The position numbers and the translations under genes were made by a program. The notes below the pieces were generated by a model. That model was not told where the DNA came from, did no database searches, and was given only the letters and a program-made list of their open reading frames with translations. From Azolla caroliniana (taxonomy: Eukaryota > Plantae > Polypodiophyta): 46,793 bases of DNA. The stretch lies in assembly GCA_043228905.1 (NCBI GenBank), contig JBHGNT010000237.1, positions 1 to 46,793 on the forward strand, written 5' to 3'. Positions 1-10,509 of this stretch are shown here, piece after piece (positions within the stretch are counted from its first letter, which is position 1; each line of letters begins with the position of its first letter).

Positions 1-20
1 AAGATGACATCGAATCGAAG

Positions 21-330
21 GTGGCTATGGACGAATCAATGGCGGATGGCCATATCGAGATTTCTCCACCGCTGATTCCAGAGACTCCGGCGGTTGCGTT
101 CGAAAGGCAACGTGAGACCGAAGAGACGGAAGGTGGCGGAGAGAAAACAAAGGTCGAAGTTGATGCATACGACGGAGAGATAGCCAAGAATATGGCTATG
201 GGTGAAACAATGGAGGATGATAATACCGAGGATTCCTGCCCACTAATCCTAGAGACTTCGGCGGTTGTGTCCGAGAACCAACGTGAGACCGGAGAGACAG
301 GAGGTGGTGGCAAGAAAGGTAAAGTCGGAA
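21..330 (+). repeat. Diverged direct duplication, period 171 bp
   Basis: MAMDESMADG..PLIPETPAV..QRETEETEGGG (from 21) versus MAMGETMEDD..PLILETSAV..QRETGETGGGG (from 192). Confidence 0.8.
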
Positions 331-1001
331 GCCGGTTCGGATGGAAGGTGATCCGGACGGGATTCCGATCCGAAAGAAAGCCGAACCGGGTAAAAGACGA
401 TTCGGCCAAAAGACGAACCGAAAGAAAGCCGAACCGGGTGAAAGGGGATTCAACCGAAAGACGACCCGAAAGAAAGCCGAACTGGGTGAAAGGGGATTCA
501 ACCGAAAGACGACCCGAAAGAAAGCCGAACCGGGCGAATGAGGATTCGGCCGAAAGACGACCCAAAAGAAAGTCAACCCGAAAAGGGGTCGACTCGGTCA
601 AAACCGATCGACTGAGTCTGACTTGGCCGAACGCGAATATGAATCCGATCGGACGCCGATCAAACCAAAAGTCGATCGGACGAGAGCGATCCGGAAAAAA
701 GTCAAGGTTGATGAAGACAAGAAAGAGGCCAGTAAAAGACACTACCACGAATGACAAGGGCCAAGAATATGACGAGAGAGAACAAAGAATATGGTGGATC
801 GGATGGCGACAATGGTTCGGGTGGAAAGAATGGGTCTACTCAAAATGGAGAGACAAAGTTGACATAGCGGGACAAACAGAGGATGAAGGGGAGACAACGA
901 GCATCGGCAACTTCGGCACATACCGGAGGATGTGCGGGTTCGGAGGGGGCGAGTGTCGTAGTGTATTTCGTACACTACGTGAAAAAGTAAAAATAATATA
1001 A
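21..1001 (+). CDS. Low-complexity ORF (acidic then basic) in the 3' internal region of a gypsy-type element; function unknown, may be non-coding
   Basis: 326-aa ORF with no recognisable domain; contains a 171-bp duplication and a 48-bp tandem array; runs through the PPT into the LTR at 954. Confidence 0.3.
   Translation: MAMDESMADGHIEISPPLIPETPAVAFERQRETEETEGGGEKTKVEVDAYDGEIAKNMAMGETMEDDNTEDSCPLILETSAVVSENQRETGETGGGGKKGKVGSRFGWKVIRTGFRSERKPNRVKDDSAKRRTERKPNRVKGDSTERRPERKPNWVKGDSTERRPERKPNRANEDSAERRPKRKSTRKGVDSVKTDRLSLTWPNANMNPIGRRSNQKSIGRERSGKKSRLMKTRKRPVKDTTTNDKGQEYDEREQRIWWIGWRQWFGWKEWVYSKWRDKVDIAGQTEDEGETTSIGNFGTYRRMCGFGGGECRSVFRTLREKVKII
372..563 (+). repeat. 48-bp tandem repeat, 4 copies
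   Basis: ERKPNRVKDDSAKRRT / ERKPNRVKGDSTERRP / ERKPNWVKGDSTERRP / ERKPNRANEDSAERRP. Confidence 0.9.
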
Positions 1002-1698
1002 CTGATTTAATTACATATAAATAAATAAAATAATATATCAAGATATTTATCACGTGCATAGGGCAGCATTCAAACCCTGTACCTCCACGTAGCCAAACCT
1101 CAGCTTTACCATTATACTACCTTATCTTTAGTGTTCTATAAATAGATTTAATAACTATAAGTGCTTTATTTGCGCCTACCTTTATTAAAAGGTAAATCGT
1201 GCATTTTTAGAGTGTGTGAATATTTTATAGAAAAAAACGCAAGCAACTAAAAAGTGACTCGTGCACATCTAGCGTGCATGAGCACTATATTTAGCAAATA
1301 AAAGCAAGGATTAGAAAAGCATCACATGCATATTTAGTGTGCATGAACATATTAGAAAAAAAAGCATGTAGCTATGCTTAGTCTCTCCCATCACTACATA
1401 AGGATGGGGAGCACAATGTAATAGGCGTGTGAAAAATATTTGGGAAATTGGATATATTTCCTAAAAACACCAATTAATATAATCGTGGGATTCACGAAGT
1501 TTTATATAACCTATCTCTTTCAATCTAAATTCATATTCTTACATAAATATTGATTAACGTAATACTTGTGGGATTCACAAGCTTCTAATAATCTATACAT
1601 AATTAAAATCGCCTTAAATTATTCCTCTTCCTCCTAGTCCAAAACCCCGGCGGTTCCCACCCGACTCACGCAACGATCCGGAGTCGAAAGGCACGACA
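954..1698 (+). repeat. LTR copy 1 of gypsy family A-related element
   Basis: TGTCGT...ACGACA termini; preceded by PPT-like GGAGGGGGCGAG; 3' ~310 bp nearly identical to 2143-2451. Confidence 0.8.
1054..1121 (-). promoter_or_regulatory. tRNA-like Pol III A/B-box module inside LTR
   Basis: Minus strand A box TAGTATAATGG (1119-1109), B box GGTTTGAATG (1076-1067), 43-nt spacing. Confidence 0.6.
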
Positions 1699-1742
1699 AC
1701 TTCGGCACATACCGGAGGATGTGCGGGTTTGGAGGGGGTGAG
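1699..1742 (+). other. 44-bp spacer between tandem LTRs, a copy of the 3' internal terminus (hairpin + PPT)
   Basis: Matches 910-953 with 2 mismatches; similar motif precedes the LTR at 29147-29190 on the minus strand. Confidence 0.8.
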
Positions 1743-2451
1743 TGTCGTAGTGTATTTTGTACACTACGTGAAAAACGTATATAGTATTAGATTCAATAAA
1801 AAATGAAGAAATAGAAGAAAATAGCAAAATAAATGGAACATGCATAGGGCAAGATTCGAACCTTGCACCTCCATGTTAATAATGTAATGTCTTACCATTA
1901 CACTAGCATTTCATTAGTGTTAAAGCATAGATGTCCCACATAAAAAGGTAAATTCACGCTAGGATAAACATTAGAAAAACGCATAACAAAAGAAAAAGCT
2001 ACACATACACATCTAGCGTGCATGATAAAAAACGCACAAGTTAGAAAAAAGCATGATCACTTTAGATAAAGCATATAGTCTATCTATAGGAAAAGCATGG
2101 GGTCTATAGTTAGAGAAAAAGCATGGATTACTAAGACTTCCTCATCACTACATAAGGATGGGGAGCACAATGTAATTGTGTGTGAAAAATATTTGGGAAA
2201 TTGGATATATTTCCTAAAAACACCAATTAATATAATCGTGGGATTCACGAAGTTTTATATAACCTATCTCTTTCAATCTAAATTCATATTCTTACATAAA
2301 TATTGATTAACGTAATACTTGTGGGATTCACAAGCTTCTAATAATCTATACATAATTAAAATCGCCTTAAATTATTCCTCTTCCTCCTAGTCCAAAACCC
2401 CGGCGGTTCCCACCCGACTCACGCAACGATCCGGAGCCGAAAGGCACGACA
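1743..2451 (+). repeat. LTR copy 2 of gypsy family A-related element
   Basis: TGTCGT...ACGACA termini; its end at 2451 truncates a Tcn1-like gag. Confidence 0.8.
1839..1907 (-). promoter_or_regulatory. tRNA-like Pol III A/B-box module inside LTR
   Basis: Minus strand A box TAGTGTAATGG (1905-1895), B box GGTTCGAATC (1862-1853) inside stem GCAAG/CTTGC, 43-nt spacing. Confidence 0.7.
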
Positions 2452-2722
2452 GCGTTCCATCAAATTTCACAGGAAGTCCAATCTTGGGCTCTTTATGAAA
2501 TCCTTGGGGACTGGATCCTTGTTGTTGCAACGCTGCTTCGAGTTGTTGTACCCGTAACGCTAACTCCCCATGTTGTTGTTGCGTTTGTTGTTTTTCTAGA
2601 GCGATTTGTTGCAGATCCCCTATCAGCCGTTGGTTTTCTTGTTCCAGGGCAACAAATTTTTCTTTTAGGCACTGTAGCTCGGAGAAAACGGATTGGTATT
2701 CTTGGGCGCTAACAGTAGCCAT
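2452..2722 (-). pseudogene. gag: gag N-terminal fragment (Tcn1-like copy A)
   Basis: About 90 codons matching the 35304 gag up to KFDGT. Confidence 0.9.
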
Positions 2723-2794
2723 AGTATAGGGAAAAGGGTAGGAGGATGAGGGAGAGTGACAAGTAGGCTAGAGGAAAAAAAAATTGGTTCAAAC

Positions 2795-3215
2795 TGTCAG
2801 GAATAGTACTAAAACAGAGATGGAATTAGTACTAAGAAGAGTAGTACTATTAGTACTAAGAGAACGGGACTGCGTAAGATTCCCGAGAGAGAGGAAGTGA
2901 GAAGAGGAGAGAGAGGGAAATAAGATGATGACAGTAGCTCTTATATTATATGAAAGATAAGTACAAATCGACTAAGAGGCTTAAGACTGGTGTTGAACCA
3001 ATTTGGTTCAAAACAATGCCTTGTGCCTCCTTTTATAGTGTTTTTAGGAATAATCTTGAAGCTTCTAGAATGTTCTAGAGAGATCTGGAATATACATCAA
3101 TTTTCTATGATAAAGTATAAATGAAAATAATATCCTACAAAATACAATTCCTAATCTAATGGTAAGAGCTCGACCCATGTAGCATAAAGTCATGGGTTCG
3201 AGTCTTGCCATGACA
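2795..3215 (-). repeat. 5' LTR of Tcn1-like copy A
   Basis: TGTCATG...CCTGACA on minus strand, TATAAAAG, CT-rich tract; A box 3152-3162 and B box 3195-3204 read on the + strand. Confidence 0.9.
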
Positions 3216-3872
3216 CAATCTGTTTCAATTACCACTTCCGACCAGATCAGGTAGTCCTTGTCTACCTTCATCGCAAACACGATACCCCAGAGCTACCACT
3301 TGGCTTGGGTGTATCCTTGTTGTCGTTCGCTAAGGACCTTTATCCGAACCGGATTGCGTACCATGTGGTATCTTCTCCTTCTTGGTTGATCACCCATCCA
3401 ATTCCCGTTAGGCTCATACCTATCGTGACGTAGATGAGCATCCCTTCTTTGTAGAAGACTTTCCTTAAAGTAGGTGCTGCCACCAACAACCCTTTTAACC
3501 TCTTCATCACCTCTGTGTGTACGGGTTCCCATTTGAATTTTCTCCTTTTTTTAAGTAAGCTATACAAGGGCTCATCCACATGAGCATAGTGCGGAATCCA
3601 AATGTGGTAGAACGCACATGCTCCTAAGAATCTTCGAACCTCTGTCTGCGTTCCACATTCCTCTCACATCTCTTTAATAGCATTCACCTTATCGAGAGAG
3701 GATTTCCATCCATATGGCTGAATGCTGATTTTTCTCTGCAGAATGTGAGCCTTGCACCTTGTAGTCTTTTTAGAACTCTTTCACAATCTTCAATATGGTT
3801 TGAAACAAATCTTCGACATCCATCTTGATCTAAAGACTCTTCCTTCTCTTCACGAGGGCACCTTTTTATAGG
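3216..3872 (-). pseudogene. Gypsy family A RT/RNase H remnant, host of two Tcn1-like insertions
   Basis: GCRRFVSNHIEDCERVLKRL..EKSAF, EPLYSLLKKRRKFKW, KVDKDYLIWSEVVIETDC; similar to 30236-30835. Confidence 0.75.
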
Positions 3873-4318
3873 TGTCATGATATGGCAAGATTCGATCCCA
3901 TGACCTTATGTTACATGGGTCGAGCCCTTGTCATTAGACTATATATTGTAATACAAAGAATATTATTTTCATTTATTATTTCACTATAGAAAATTGATGT
4001 ATATTTCCAAATTTCTCTGGAACATTCTAGAAACTTCAGGAGTACTCCTGAAAACACTATAAAAGAAGGCACAAGGCATTATTTCGAACCAAATCGGTTC
4101 AATGTCAGTCTTATGCCTCATAGCTATTCTTGTACTTACTCTTGATACAATATAATATATCTCTTGTTATCATCATTCTCTCTCTCTTGATCTCTCTTCT
4201 CTTTCTTTCTCTCTCTCTCTATCCTTCTCTCCTGAGTTCTACACATTTTTCTCTCTCTTAGTACTAATGCGCATATTTTAGTACTAATTCCCTCCCTGTC
4301 TTAGTACTGTTCTTGACA
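3873..4318 (+). repeat. 5' LTR of Tcn1-like copy B
   Basis: TGTCATGATATGGC...TTGACA, homologous to copy C LTRs. Confidence 0.9.
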
Positions 4319-4981
4319 GTTTGAACCGATTTTCCCTCATCCTCTTACCCCTCCTTCCTTTCATACTAATCCTCTTATCCTCCCTAGTAAAATGGCAATT
4401 GTTAGCGCTCGGGAATACTAATATATTTTCTCGAAGCTTCAGTGCTTAAAAGAGAAGTTTGTAGCACTATAATAAGAAAATCACCGTCTGTTGGGGGATC
4501 TTCAACAAATAGCTTTAGCAAAACAACAACACAAGGAGCTGACGTTATGTGTACAACAACCTGAAGCGACTATTGTATCACTACAACAACCACTGAAGGG
4601 ACTCAAAAAGAACCCAAAATCAGACTTCCTATGAAATTTGATGGGACCCAGTCATAGTTCAAAGGTATTCTTAATCAGGTACGCTTAGTGATTCAAATGC
4701 ATCCTTCTTGATGTCCCACTGATGCATCACGAGTGGGACTAGTAGGCACGCTACTTAGTGGTGCAACTTTGGCATGGTTTGCCCCTCACTTAGAAAAAAA
4801 CTTTCCCTTGTTAACTAATTTCGAGTTTATTAGCGAGTTTAAAGCCAGTTTTGGAGATACTAACAATGTTAGGATGACAATCAACAAAATCCGAAGATTG
4901 CGCCAAGGTGAGCTGCCAGCCTCGGCTTATGTTGTGGATTTCCGTCTTCTCGCCACCGATATTCCCTAGGATGACCATGCA

Positions 4982-5751
<770 letters not shown>

Positions 5752-6054
5752 GTGTGATATTATTGCATCACGATGCCGAATAACATGATCCAATAGGTTA
5801 TTATATTGGGTCGTTGGATCATAATCCCTTGTCATGAAGATAGCTGTGTGCGCGGCTGCGCCAACAACTAAGAATCCTCCAATCCACATATGATGTGTAA
5901 ACAAGGAAAGTTGTGTGGCATAATCGGTGGCTAAGTAAGGATAGGGGGGCATGGCATACATATGATGGGTGACTATAATAGTTAAAGAGCCTAACAGGGA
6001 GAGGTTGATAGCTAATTCAGCGTGTTAGGAAGTTGTTAGAATCTTGTAGGGGCC
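5752..6054 (-). pseudogene. psaA: Photosystem I P700 apoprotein A1 fragment
   Basis: [58 protein letters not shown]. Confidence 0.95.
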
Positions 6055-6072
6055 GAGTGAGTAGCAAAGGGG

Positions 6073-6146
6073 GCGGACATTGCCAAGTGGATCAAGGCAA
6101 TGGATTGTGGATCCATCATGCGCGGGTTCAATCCCCGTCGTTCGCC
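6073..6146 (+). tRNA. trnH-GUG: Plastid-type tRNA-His(GUG), full length, inside the NUPT; probably non-functional
   Basis: GCGGAC..GCCAAGTGGATCAAGGC; anticodon arm ATGGA-TT-GTG-GA-TCCAT (GTG at 6107-6109); GGTTCAATCC; GTTCGCC end. Confidence 0.88.
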
Positions 6147-6273
6147 CATTCAGTTAGTTAGAGAACTCGTTCTTATCGCTCAGAATAGAAAAAGTTATGA
6201 GAAAAGGTGGGTGGGGTACGCACAGGTCTCCCCAGTAATGTAATAACCATTTGGAATTCTGGATCCGGTTCTA

Positions 6274-6387
6274 CAAATACCTGACGGTTTTCAATCGGCT
6301 GAATCTTTATTTGATAATGGACTACTTGATTTGATTGTACCACGTAACCTCCCGAAGGGTGTTTTAAGCGAGACATTCGAACTTTAA
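6274..6387 (+). pseudogene. accD: Acetyl-CoA carboxylase beta subunit C-terminal fragment
   Basis: [36 protein letters not shown]. Confidence 0.85.
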
Positions 6388-6514
6388 ACTTCGAATAACT
6401 CTAAATAACGTTATTCAACCGTACGGGGAACCAAAGATCCTAGCGGAACACGTTGCTTCATAATTAAGAAATAGAGTTGCTTTTCGAAGGACGATGAAAA
6501 GGGCTATCGAGTCG
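6386..6514 (+). pseudogene. rps3: Plastid ribosomal protein S3 fragment
   Basis: KLRITLNNVIQPYGEPKILAEHVAS*LRNRVAFRRTMKRAIES. Confidence 0.87.
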
Positions 6515-6605
6515 GTTGGGAGGCAGTTAATTCGAATCCTTCTTGGATCCAGCCCCCTATCTTGTAAAGCAAAAGAATAAAAAAAGGTATCATCCAATCA
6601 GTATT

Positions 6606-6806
6606 ATGGCTAAAAGTAAAGATGCAAGAGTAACTATTGCTTCGGAATGTACAAGTTGTGTCTAGAAAAGGACTGGTTACAATCCCGTAGGTGTCTCTCG
6701 GTACACTACGCGTAAAAATCATCGGAATACGCCTATTCGGTTGGAATCGAAGAAATTTTGTTTTTGTTGCGGTAAGCACACTATTCACAAAGAGTTGAAA
6801 AAGTGA
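6606..6806 (+). pseudogene. rpl33: Full-length plastid ribosomal protein L33 with one in-frame TAG (6663-6665)
   Basis: [65 protein letters not shown]. Confidence 0.92.
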
Positions 6807-6826
6807 ATCAAACATCTAAAAGATCC

Positions 6827-7004
6827 ATAGGTTAACATTCCCATTAGCAAATAGGAGACTTTCAAGTTCATGCACAAGTTCTTGTAACCCCTTGGGTAGT
6901 AATCGCCATTTCGTTGGCTTTACCAATCGTGACTACCCGTAATCTCGAAACTGTACCGACTGGTGGCCAAAATTTCATTGAATATATTCTCGAATTTATT
7001 TGGG
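6827..7004 (+). pseudogene. atpI: ATP synthase CF0 subunit IV (a) fragment
   Basis: [49 protein letters not shown]. Confidence 0.92.
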
Positions 7005-9821
7005 GAAGGAATATTAGGATCCGGCTGGAACAGAAGCGTGGGATCCCAGACAAAGCGCCCCCCCAAGAATCGAGTCGGTTCATAGGATCGTTCCATTGTG
7101 TTTCATATTGATTGGACGAGTCGGAGATTCCCAATTCCAAAAATTGCTCACGTAACGGAGAAATTTCGTTTTGGTCTACCTTATGATGTCAACGATTTAC
7201 TCTTAACTTTCCCCGAAGAGCCAAAGTCATTGATAGAAGCAATCAGTCACGCGGTGCAATGTGATAACACACTTTTCGAATGATGTTCGGAACATCAGTT
7301 CCAGATGCCAAGGACAACATCAGAGCCCACCTACGCCTCAGTTGTAGCAAAACCTTTTCCTAGGGAGTCATATAATGTGTCCCTAGCAAATACTCCAACT
7401 CCGATGGAAATCGACACCACACGTTGTCGCGGACCATTATTGGAAGAGGAAAAGCAGCGACACCCAACAAATTGACTATGTCTCTATTGCGGTAGGCCAT
7501 GGAATATTGCGGTGGATTGTCCTTATAGGCCAAGAAGACAGGTAAACCAAATAGTCGCTAGTTCTAATTGTACTAAACCCAAGTCTATTCCAGTAGGAAT
7601 ATTTGATAGTCCTAATTGTACTAATAACCCAAGCCTTTGAAACAAACTTGAAATCGTGAGTCAATTAGAAGAAGAATTAAATGATGAAGTCCAACCAAAA
7701 TAGGAGCCATTTGGTTGGACGGGCCTAGATCTGTGCAGCCCATTAGTGGTTCCATTTCCTCTAAGCAAGTTAGCAATGTGTTCTTAGCTCAAGTAATGGT
7801 TAGTACTAAAAGTATTCCTCCAGTACATATCTTAGCACTCTTAGATTCCGGAGCCAACTCTTGCTTTATGGACAGGTGCCCAAGCTCATCAAATATCCCT
7901 AAGAAAAATTTCTTGCCCAACATCTGTACTAGTAATTGATGGTCATCACATTGCTTCCGGAAAAATCATAGAAGAGTCTGACCCAATTCATGTTGTCCTA
8001 GATTACTTGGGGTGTGTAGTATCATTTAATATAATTAGTAGTCCAGACCATCCAATTATCTTGGGGTTATGATGGTTCGAATTACATAACCCATACATAG
8101 ATTGGAGAACAAGAGAAATCTGGGGATCTACTCATAGGATTCCAACCATTTTGCTACGTCAATTGCGTGAGGAAGGACGCAAGGACGCAGTGTTTGTCAT
8201 CGCAATATTAGTAAAACCTTCCAATACCACTAAAGAGGAATTCACAGTTCAATATCTAGAGAAGTATGATAAGGTACAAGCCAATATCCTTCCTCACCAC
8301 CGACCGTATGATTGCCCCATTGATTTACAACCGGGAAAAGAGCCACCATGTGGCCCGATCTACAACTTCTCACCAACCAAGCTAGAAATCCTTCAAGCCT
8401 ATATAGAGGAGAATTTGGCAAACGGTTTTAGTCGACATTCGAAATCTCCCACCGGCGCACCCATTCTTTTTGTCAAGAAAAAGGATGGATCACTTCGTCT
8501 CGTCGTAGATTACCATGCCTTGAATAAGGTCACATCAGGAATAGGTATGCACTTTCCCTTATCTGAAGTCTTTTAGAACGGATCAATGGTGCAAGGTTCT
8601 TCACAAAGATCAACTTACGAGGAGCATATAACCTCGTATGGATCCGAACAGGAGATGAATGGAAGATTGTGTTTCGCACCAGATATGGGCACTTCGAGTA
8701 TACGGTCATGCCATTCGGTCTCACTAATGCACCATCAGTCTTCCAGCACATGGCAAATGATATATTCCGAGATCTCTTGGATGTTGGTTTGATCATCTAT
8801 TTGGATGATCTATTGGTTTATTCGAGGACCCAAGAAGAGCATGATTCTCATGTACTGTTAGTACTAAAACGGATTCGAGAACATGGTCTATCTGCAAAAC
8901 TAGAAAAATGTAGTTTTGAGTGCCACCAGGTGGAATTTCTGGGCTATGTCATCTCCTCGGAAGGCATCTCTATGGATCCAGCTAAGGTCAAAACTGTGAT
9001 AGAGTGGCTGACTCCACGTTCATTGTGAGATGTGCAATGCTTTTTAGGCTTTGCCAATTTTTACCACAGGTTTATACAAGATTACTCAAAGCTTATTCTG
9101 CCTCTCACATAGCTTACCAAGAAGGGGCAATCGGTTGTTTGGTCTAAAGAAGAGGACATGGATTTTGAGAGTTCTAAGAAAGCATTCACATCAGCTCCTA
9201 TTCTAGCTCATGTTGATCCGGCAAAATCTTTCATCATTGAGGCAGACGCGTCGAATTTCGCCTTGGGTAGCATTCTTTCACAACAAGGCGATGATGAAAA
9301 CCTACATCTTGTGGCTTTCCACTCACGCAAGTTTGACGATGCCGAAATCAACTATGAAATTCATGATAAAGAGCTCTTAGCAGTAGTGGACTCTTTTACG
9401 CAGATTGGTAGTGGAAACAATAAAGGAAGGAAGATGTGTTATCGCGGCGCTCATATCTAGCACCGCGTCCCGGTGAGCCAACATTCGATAACCAAAACCA
9501 AGTAATCTTGGGCCCGACACAACTACAAGCAACACGTGTTTTCGATATGCCATTGGATTCCCACATTATTGATACCATACGTGAGGATTTGAAGACAGAT
9601 GCCTTCGCTCAAGCTATTCTAGCACAAATTGATCCCTCTCGGGCATCTTGTTCACAGTCGCAACAACCAGGTACGGATTATCGACAATTTGAATGTCATG
9701 ATGGATTACTATTCTTTAAGAAGGTCTTGTATGTTCCTAATGGTTCTTGTCGCCTTCCAGTAGTCCAAAATTGTCATGACACATATACAGTTGGGCATTT
9801 TGGTAATACTAAAATGTTATA

Positions 9822-10478
9822 TGTTTGGATTTCGGTCCCTCCGGATGGGATGTCCGGAGATGAATGACGGCAAGCCCGGTTGCGGTTACGGAACCGGAGT
9901 ATGAAGAGTACCCGGCATGAAGCCGGATGAAGAGTACCCGGCTACGGATCCGGATGATGATGACCCCGGCTACGGAGCCGGATGATGAAGACCCCGGCTA
10001 CGGAGCCGGATGATGAATGTACCCGGAGAGAGATCCAGATGCGGGGACATATTTGTGAATATGTTTGCCAAGGGCCCTTGAGGCTATATTTGTAAATAGC
10101 CCGAAAGTCATATGTGTATAAATATGACTTAGGGCAAACAGTTTGTTGTTGTTGCTCATTTTTTCTGTTTGCTACTTAGAGGGAGTGGAGAGAGCAGCCG
10201 AGAGAGAGAGAGAGAGAGGAGGTCGTTGCCTCTGTGTATTACCGCCGCCTGTGGCGAAGACAGTGAGCTCAAGGTTGTTGCTTTGTAGCTTCACCATTGT
10301 ACATCTCTGTTCATAGTGATAGTTGGAGTTTGAGGACTCCCGTGGTTTTTCCCATTTAGGGTTTTCCACGTATAACATCCTGTGTACTCTCCTCTCTGTT
10401 GTCTTCGTGCATTTTGTATTTCCTGTTTTCTGTGAGTTAATCCTATTCCTCGGTTGTGGCCGAGCGCTGAGTTTGACA
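9822..10478 (+). repeat. Copia 5' LTR (657 bp) with ~26-29 bp CCGG-rich tandem units in U3 and (AG)9
   Basis: TG...CA; one extra 28-bp unit relative to the 3' LTR. Confidence 0.95.
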
Positions 10479-10481
10479 AAG

Positions 10482-10493
10482 TGGTATCAGAGC
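10482..10493 (+). promoter_or_regulatory. Primer binding site, tRNA-iMet
   Basis: TGGTATCAGAGC 3 nt after the LTR. Confidence 0.95.
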
Positions 10494-10509
10494 GACGGTA
10501 ACACAGAAA

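Larger units (their letters stand above)
2452..3215 (-). mobile_element. Tcn1-like chromovirus copy A: 5' LTR, leader and gag N-terminus, truncated by the LTR ending at 2451
   Basis: LTR 2795-3215 homologous to 34786-35236; gag MATVSAQEYQSVFSE... almost identical to 35304 gag. Confidence 0.9.

Noticed and set aside
372-563. CRISPR array
   Set aside because: Contiguous 48-bp tandem units without unique spacers
954-985. Helitron 3' hairpin
   Set aside because: The hairpin lies just inside a TG-starting LTR after a PPT and lacks a downstream CTRR end
1839-1907. Functional tRNA genes in LTRs
   Set aside because: Acceptor and anticodon stems do not pair; only the A/B boxes and part of the T arm remain
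9026-9028. Programmed readthrough at a TGA shared by copies B (9026) and C (37816)
   Set aside because: Most simply CGA>TGA CpG deamination in copies that have several other such stops
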